Assembly (NCBI GenBank): GCA_964601305.1
Contig: CAZRMW010000006.1
Span: 1-46,499, forward strand
Source: an uncultured Candidatus Saccharibacteria bacterium
GTDB taxonomy: Bacteria; Patescibacteriota; Minisyncoccia; JAHISW01; Tagabacteraceae
DNA: 46,499 nt
Direction of reading: 5' to 3'
The stretch's first letter is position 1. The number at the start of each line of letters is the position of its first letter. The position numbers were made by a program, and so were the translations under genes. A model generated the notes under the pieces. It ran no database searches. It was not told where the DNA came from and worked only from the letters and a program-made list of their open reading frames with translations. Shown here piece by piece: positions 42,303-46,499 of this stretch.

Positions 42303-43322
42303 TTGTCAAGTATGGAAAAGGAAACAAAAAAACAATTTGTAGAAGACAGTTCTTTAGACATTACCTTAAGGCCTAAAAAATGGGACGATTATATAGGGCA
42401 AAATAATGTAAAAAGAAACCTCAATATATTAATAAAAGCTGCCAAACAAAGGGAGGAGCCTATTGAACATGTACTTTTTTACGGATCTGCTGGATTAGGA
42501 AAAACAACCTTAGCTCACATAATCTCAAGAGAAACAAGTAGTCAAATAAAAATTACTTCTGGACCATCTATAGAAAAAGTGGGAGATTTAGCTTCTGTTC
42601 TTACAAACTTAGAAAAAAACGATATTTTATTTATCGATGAAATTCATAGATTAAACAAAACCATAGAAGAAATTCTTTATCCAGCAATGGAGTCTAGGTC
42701 TCTAAATATAATAATAGGGAAGGGGCCTTCAGCGCGAACCATACAGCTTGAACTACCACCTTTTACTTTGGTGGCTGCTACAACCAAAATAGCATCTCTG
42801 TCTACACCATTACGTTCTAGGTTTTCTGGCGGAATTTTTAAACTAGAAAATTATAGTCAAGAAGAAATAGAAGAAATAATAAAGAGGTCTGCTAAAATAT
42901 TGAATGTAGATATAGAAAACCCGGCAACGAAAAAAATAGCAAAAAGAAGCCGCTTTACACCAAGAACTTCAAACAGACTTCTAAAAAGGTGCAGGGATTT
43001 ATCTCAAATAAACGAAGAGAAAGTTTTAACAGAAAGTACTGTAAAAAAAGCTTTTGAAATGATGAACATAGACAATAAAGGCCTGGATAACAATGATAAA
43101 GAAATTTTACTAACCATTATAAATAAATTTCAAGGTGGGCCTGTGGGTCTTAAAACACTTTCTGCTGCCACATCAGAAGACTCCTCTACAATAGAAGATG
43201 TATACGAACCATATTTAATACAATTAGGTTTTATAAAAAGAACAAAAAGTGGTAGAGTAGCCACTATAAACGCATACAATCATTTAGAAATAGATTGTCC
43301 GGAGCAAAACAAACTAATATGA
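42303..43322 (+). CDS. ruvB: Holliday junction helicase RuvB. Listed with a TTG start; an ATG is at 42312.
   Basis: LRPKKWDDYIGQ...FYGSAGLGKTTLAHII (AAA+ Walker A). Confidence 0.9.
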   Translation: MSSMEKETKKQFVEDSSLDITLRPKKWDDYIGQNNVKRNLNILIKAAKQREEPIEHVLFYGSAGLGKTTLAHIISRETSSQIKITSGPSIEKVGDLASVLTNLEKNDILFIDEIHRLNKTIEEILYPAMESRSLNIIIGKGPSARTIQLELPPFTLVAATTKIASLSTPLRSRFSGGIFKLENYSQEEIEEIIKRSAKILNVDIENPATKKIAKRSRFTPRTSNRLLKRCRDLSQINEEKVLTESTVKKAFEMMNIDNKGLDNNDKEILLTIINKFQGGPVGLKTLSAATSEDSSTIEDVYEPYLIQLGFIKRTKSGRVATINAYNHLEIDCPEQNKLI

Positions 43323-43855
43323 GTGGGCATTCAAAATGGTCAACAATTAAACACAAAAAAGCAGCTACAGACGCTAAAAGAGGTCAAGTATTTTCTAAAT
43401 TATCTAAACTTATTACTATAGCTGCCAAAAAAGGGAGAGACCCTAGTATGAATTTCGAGCTCAAATATGCAATAGATCAAGCAAAGTCTGCCAATATGCC
43501 CGCAGACAAAATAGACCGAGCTGTTAAAAAGGGTATTGGAGAGCTAAAGGGAGAAAATTTAGAAGAAATACTTTTTGAAGCCTTTGGTCCTGGAGGTAGC
43601 GCTATAATAATTACAGGAATTACAGATAATACCAACAGAACCTCAAATGAATTAAAACACTTACTTAAGGAAAACGATGCAAAACTTGGCGGGCCAGGTT
43701 CCGCAATATGGGCTTTTAACAAAAAAGAAAGTGGAGAATATGAACCACAAACACCATTAGAAATTTCTGAAGAAGATTCAGAAAAACTCAGAGATCTTGT
43801 CGAAAAAATAAACGAACATGAAGATGTTCAAAAAACATTCATAAATGTTGTTTAA
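43319..43855 (+). CDS. yebC: YebC/PmpR-family transcriptional regulator. The start is trimmed so that it overlaps the ruvB stop in an ATGA junction.
   Basis: MSGHSKWSTIKHKKAATDAKRG is the family N-terminus. Confidence 0.85.
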   Translation: MSGHSKWSTIKHKKAATDAKRGQVFSKLSKLITIAAKKGRDPSMNFELKYAIDQAKSANMPADKIDRAVKKGIGELKGENLEEILFEAFGPGGSAIIITGITDNTNRTSNELKHLLKENDAKLGGPGSAIWAFNKKESGEYEPQTPLEISEEDSEKLRDLVEKINEHEDVQKTFINVV

Positions 43856-43881
43856 AAATTTAAAATTTAAAATTTAAAATT

Positions 43882-44352
43882 ATGGTGGTTTTAGGAATAG
43901 ACCCAGGCTATGGTAGGCTTGGATATGCAATTTTAGAAAAGAAGAAAGACAATCTTCTAGATTGCGGATGTGTAGAAACAAATTCTAAAGAAAAATATAC
44001 AAATAGAATTAAAAAAATTGCTACAAAAATAGAAAGTCTTATAGAAAAATATAAGCCAAATGTTTTAGTGATAGAAAAACTATTTTTTACAAGCAATCAA
44101 AAAACAGCCCTCCAAGTATCTGAAGTAAAAGGTATTATTTTATATCTTGCTATAAAAAATGGCTTAAAAATATTAGAGCTTACACCTCTTCAGGTAAAGT
44201 CTCATCTGTGTGGAGATGGTAGAGCAGACAAAAAACAAATTCAAAAAATGGTAGATATGGTATTAAAACTAGATAAAAAACCAAAATACGACGATACATA
44301 CGATGCTATAGCTCTCTGTTTGTCTTGCCCCACAAAAATAGATTATATATAA
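43882..44352 (+). CDS. ruvC: Crossover junction endodeoxyribonuclease RuvC.
   Basis: VLGIDPGYGRLGYAIL and EKLFF motifs. Confidence 0.85.
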   Translation: MVVLGIDPGYGRLGYAILEKKKDNLLDCGCVETNSKEKYTNRIKKIATKIESLIEKYKPNVLVIEKLFFTSNQKTALQVSEVKGIILYLAIKNGLKILELTPLQVKSHLCGDGRADKKQIQKMVDMVLKLDKKPKYDDTYDAIALCLSCPTKIDYI

Positions 44353-44384
44353 TAAAGGTATTAGAAATTAATCGAAAAATTATT

Positions 44385-44426
44385 ATGAGTGAACCAATTG
44401 GAGGTAAAATAAAATCAGGAATTTAA
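44385..44426 (+). CDS. Tiny ORF, 13 aa (MSEPIGGKIKSGI). A truncated paralogue of the next ORF.
   Basis: 22 of 26 nt match the start of the 44466 ORF. Confidence 0.2.
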   Translation: MSEPIGGKIKSGI

Positions 44427-44465
44427 ATTCAAAAAATAAAATTAATATTAATTATAAATAATATC

Positions 44466-44567
44466 ATGAGTAAACCAATTGGCGGTTTCAAAAAACCAGT
44501 TTGTAGGGGACCGAAAGGAGGTGGTAATTTTAAACCAAGCTGTAAAGGACCAGAGGTTCTACTTTAA
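44466..44567 (+). CDS. Small Gly/Pro/Lys-rich peptide, 33 aa (MSKPIGGFKKPVCRGPKGGGNFKPSCKGPEVLL).
   Basis: Duplicated MS(E/K)PIGG start. Two Cys. No clear SD. Confidence 0.3.
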   Translation: MSKPIGGFKKPVCRGPKGGGNFKPSCKGPEVLL

Positions 44568-44593
44568 TATTATTAATAATTAATTTAAATATT

Positions 44594-44698
44594 ATGGCAA
44601 AACTAACAACAGAAAAAGGACCATTGGGTAGTCCACCAAAACCATTTCCATCCATTTCAGAACCTGATGATGATGCTGGTAAAGAAAAAACAATATAG
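44594..44698 (+). CDS. Small Pro/Gly-rich acidic peptide, 34 aa (MAKLTTEKGPLGSPPKPFPSISEPDDDAGKEKTI).
   Basis: Third member of the tandem array. Confidence 0.25.
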   Translation: MAKLTTEKGPLGSPPKPFPSISEPDDDAGKEKTI

Positions 44699-44706
44699 TA
44701 TTATAA

Positions 44707-44745
44707 ACCCCCTTGGCGCATTTACGCCAGGGGGTTTTGATTATT
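44707..44745 (+). terminator. Rho-independent terminator. A related copy is at about 45928-45965.
   Basis: cccccttggcg...cgccaggggg followed by ttttgattatttttt. Confidence 0.6.
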
Positions 44746-44762
44746 TTTTATATACTAATAGA

Positions 44763-44981
44763 TTATTTACAGATTCTTTTCTTCTCGCGTTCAACCGCCT
44801 CTTTAATATATCCCTCCTCGTCAGTATGTGACCACGTACCTCTTTTCTTAATAGCTTTATAATACCTCTCCTCTAACCAAGCTATAAATTCTTTACTTAG
44901 TTTTTGTGGTGAATTCCTGCACCGCTCCTCCATTTTTCTCATCATCCACCTTTTATTTCCTTTTTTATCATTATCCAACAT
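44763..44981 (-). CDS. Hypothetical basic protein, 72 aa.
   Basis: ORF overlapping the upstream ORF by 11 nt, giving a two-gene module. Confidence 0.3.
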   Translation of the reverse strand: MLDNDKKGNKRWMMRKMEERCRNSPQKLSKEFIAWLEERYYKAIKKRGTWSHTDEEGYIKEAVEREKKRICK

Positions 44982-45180
44982 CTTTTATCCTTTTTATTTC
45001 TCTTTTTAACTCAATTATTTTTATATTTATTATACTTTTCTCTGTTATTTTAATTATTTTTTCTACTTTTGTTTTATGTCCGTATACTTTACAAAATATT
45101 TCCGGCTCTCTTCTTAGCTTTTTTAGTATCTTTTCTAAATATTGAGACTCAAAATAACTCCTATGAATGTTATGTAACAT
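44971..45180 (-). CDS. Hypothetical protein, 69 aa.
   Basis: ORF preceded by a duplicated promoter-like element. Confidence 0.3.
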   Translation of the reverse strand: MLHNIHRSYFESQYLEKILKKLRREPEIFCKVYGHKTKVEKIIKITEKSIINIKIIELKREIKRIKDVG

Positions 45181-45202
45181 AGTATTTTTTCCTTTCTCAT
45201 TA

Positions 45203-45300
45203 AATTTTCGAAGTCTACCTAAAGACTAATTTAATTATTATTTGTAGTCAAATATAAAACCTACTCTAACTGGGGTGATAGCACTAGTTAGAGTAGGTTT
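45203..45300. repeat. Promoter-like repeat module of 54-65 nt or more, followed by a 14-bp-stem hairpin. A second copy is at 46435..46499, cut off at the window edge.
   Basis: tctacctaaagactaRtttaattattatttgtagtcaaatataaaacctactct is identical in both copies. It contains TTGACT-N17-TAGTCT when read on the minus strand. Confidence 0.6.
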
Positions 45301-45308
45301 TGAATATA

Positions 45309-45887
45309 TTATAATAATTTTAGTTTCTCTAAATATGGAAGAACTGAAAATATTTTTAAGTCTACTTTTGTTTTATCCCGTTTCGATAAATAACCAAACA
45401 ATTGGTCTAAAGGAACTTTAATCACTTCAATATCTTCAGCCCCTTCTAATTTTGGTTTTTGGGATAAATATGCGCCTGTACCAAGATATATAGATATTTC
45501 ATCATCTCTTAATCCCGCAGTAAATGGCCCCTTTAATAATTTCTTAACATCTTTTACTTTATAACCGGTTTCCTCTAATAACTCTCGTTGTATCATTTCT
45601 TCTTCCGATTCACCTTTTATATCCATAAGCCCAGCTGGCAATTCTAAAACATAATCGTTTAGAGGAACTCTAAAAATTTTTTCTAAAATTATTTCATTGT
45701 CTTTGGTAATAGCTACTATACCCACAATATTTCCATAAGTTTTACGTTTTATAACTTCCCAAACACCTTTATTTCCTTCGCAATCTATAAAATTTCTAGC
45801 AACAACTTGAATAAACTTACCATTATAAACCAACTCATCGTTTAAAATTTTTATTCTTCTTAATTTATTCATTTCTATATTAAACAA
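45309..45887 (-). CDS. NUDIX hydrolase.
   Basis: Nudix box GLMDIKGESEEEMIQRELLEETGY. Confidence 0.8.
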   Translation of the reverse strand: MFNIEMNKLRRIKILNDELVYNGKFIQVVARNFIDCEGNKGVWEVIKRKTYGNIVGIVAITKDNEIILEKIFRVPLNDYVLELPAGLMDIKGESEEEMIQRELLEETGYKVKDVKKLLKGPFTAGLRDDEISIYLGTGAYLSQKPKLEGAEDIEVIKVPLDQLFGYLSKRDKTKVDLKIFSVLPYLEKLKLL

Positions 45888-45975
45888 ATTAAATAAATAA
45901 AAAGTATCGCAAAAATGAACATTAAAAAACCCCAGCGAATTTCTCGCCAGGGGGTTTTTGGTTAGTTTTTATTCT

Positions 45976-46404
45976 TTAAAAATTTTTACCAAGAATATAA
46001 TCTTGACCAGTTATTTCGAAACCAGAATTAAGAAAAAAATTTTTACTCAGAATATTATCATTAGAAACCAAGACATTGACTCTTTCTGCCCCTTCATCTT
46101 TTAATCTCTCTTCTATTTCTTTAAACAAAAGACCGCCTATTCCTTTCTTCCTTAAATCTGGGAGAACTCCCAGATGAAATACAAAAGCTATCCAACCATC
46201 ATACAAAGCCATTACAAATCCCACAATTTTTTCATTTTGCATAGCCACGAGCATCAATTTCTTGTCTTTAATTAATTTTTTTGAAAAATTTTCTTTCGTG
46301 TCAACATTCGGGTAGTAAATATTACAAGTCTTTAGTAACTCTAAAACATTAGATATATCTTTTTCTTGCATCTCTCTAATTGTAATCCCGGAAGATATTT
46401 TCAT
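45976..46404 (-). CDS. GNAT-family N-acetyltransferase. The start is trimmed to MKISSG, which has an AAGGAG RBS.
   Basis: Acetyl-CoA-binding motif RKKGIGGLL. Confidence 0.75.
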   Translation of the reverse strand: MKISSGITIREMQEKDISNVLELLKTCNIYYPNVDTKENFSKKLIKDKKLMLVAMQNEKIVGFVMALYDGWIAFVFHLGVLPDLRKKGIGGLLFKEIEERLKDEGAERVNVLVSNDNILSKNFFLNSGFEITGQDYILGKNF

Positions 46405-46499
46405 GGCTTTTGTTTCTCCTTTTCTCTTTTTTGAAACTTTCAAAATCTACCTAAAGACTAGTTTAATTATTATTTGTAGTCAAATATAAAACCTACTCT

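Overview
This 46.5-kb window is low-GC (about 30%) and densely packed with small genes, which is typical of a reduced CPR/Patescibacteria-like bacterial genome; I could not run any search, so that placement rests only on composition and gene content.

The backbone is housekeeping. It includes rny, hup, gpmI, a large M16/PreP-like peptidase, tsaD and tsaE, a short valS, a PrsW-like protease, an Hsp20, fpg, a MurE-like ligase, ruvA, rpsT, a delta-like (holA) gene, polA, ruvB-yebC-ruvC, a NUDIX hydrolase and a GNAT. A type IV pilus set is present (pilMNO plus a PilB/GspE ATPase). Six tRNAs are visible: Gly, Glu, Phe, Val, Arg and Lys.

Accessory content on top of that backbone:
- Two small GIY-YIG nuclease genes, each sitting next to a tRNA. 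One is wedged between a decayed 5' half of tRNA-Lys and an intact tRNA-Lys.
- A roughly 2.5-kb GC-rich (about 50%) islet at the tRNA-Lys 3' end carrying an NfeD/flotillin pair, with an att-like duplication of the tRNA 3' end.
- Two toxin-antitoxin cassettes (RelE/RHH and MazEF). The MazEF one is bracketed by about 35-bp direct repeats that overlap the tsaD stop.
- An HTH/LAGLIDADG-like gene and an HExxH hypothetical bracketed by GTTAGAACCTG repeats.
- A 184-bp element with perfect 23-bp terminal inverted repeats.
- Tandem short Gly/Pro/Lys-rich peptide ORFs.
- Two GC-rich candidate structured RNAs.
- Several duplicated terminator and promoter modules.

The most unusual genome-wide signal is a family of roughly 18-20-bp GC-rich palindromic elements (core CCCCGCYSRGCGGGG). 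They are inserted in-frame into several essential genes (tsaD, polA, pilM, pilB) and also sit in 5' regions and inside the tRNA-Lys fragment. No rRNA, CRISPR array, integrase or transposase is visible in this window.
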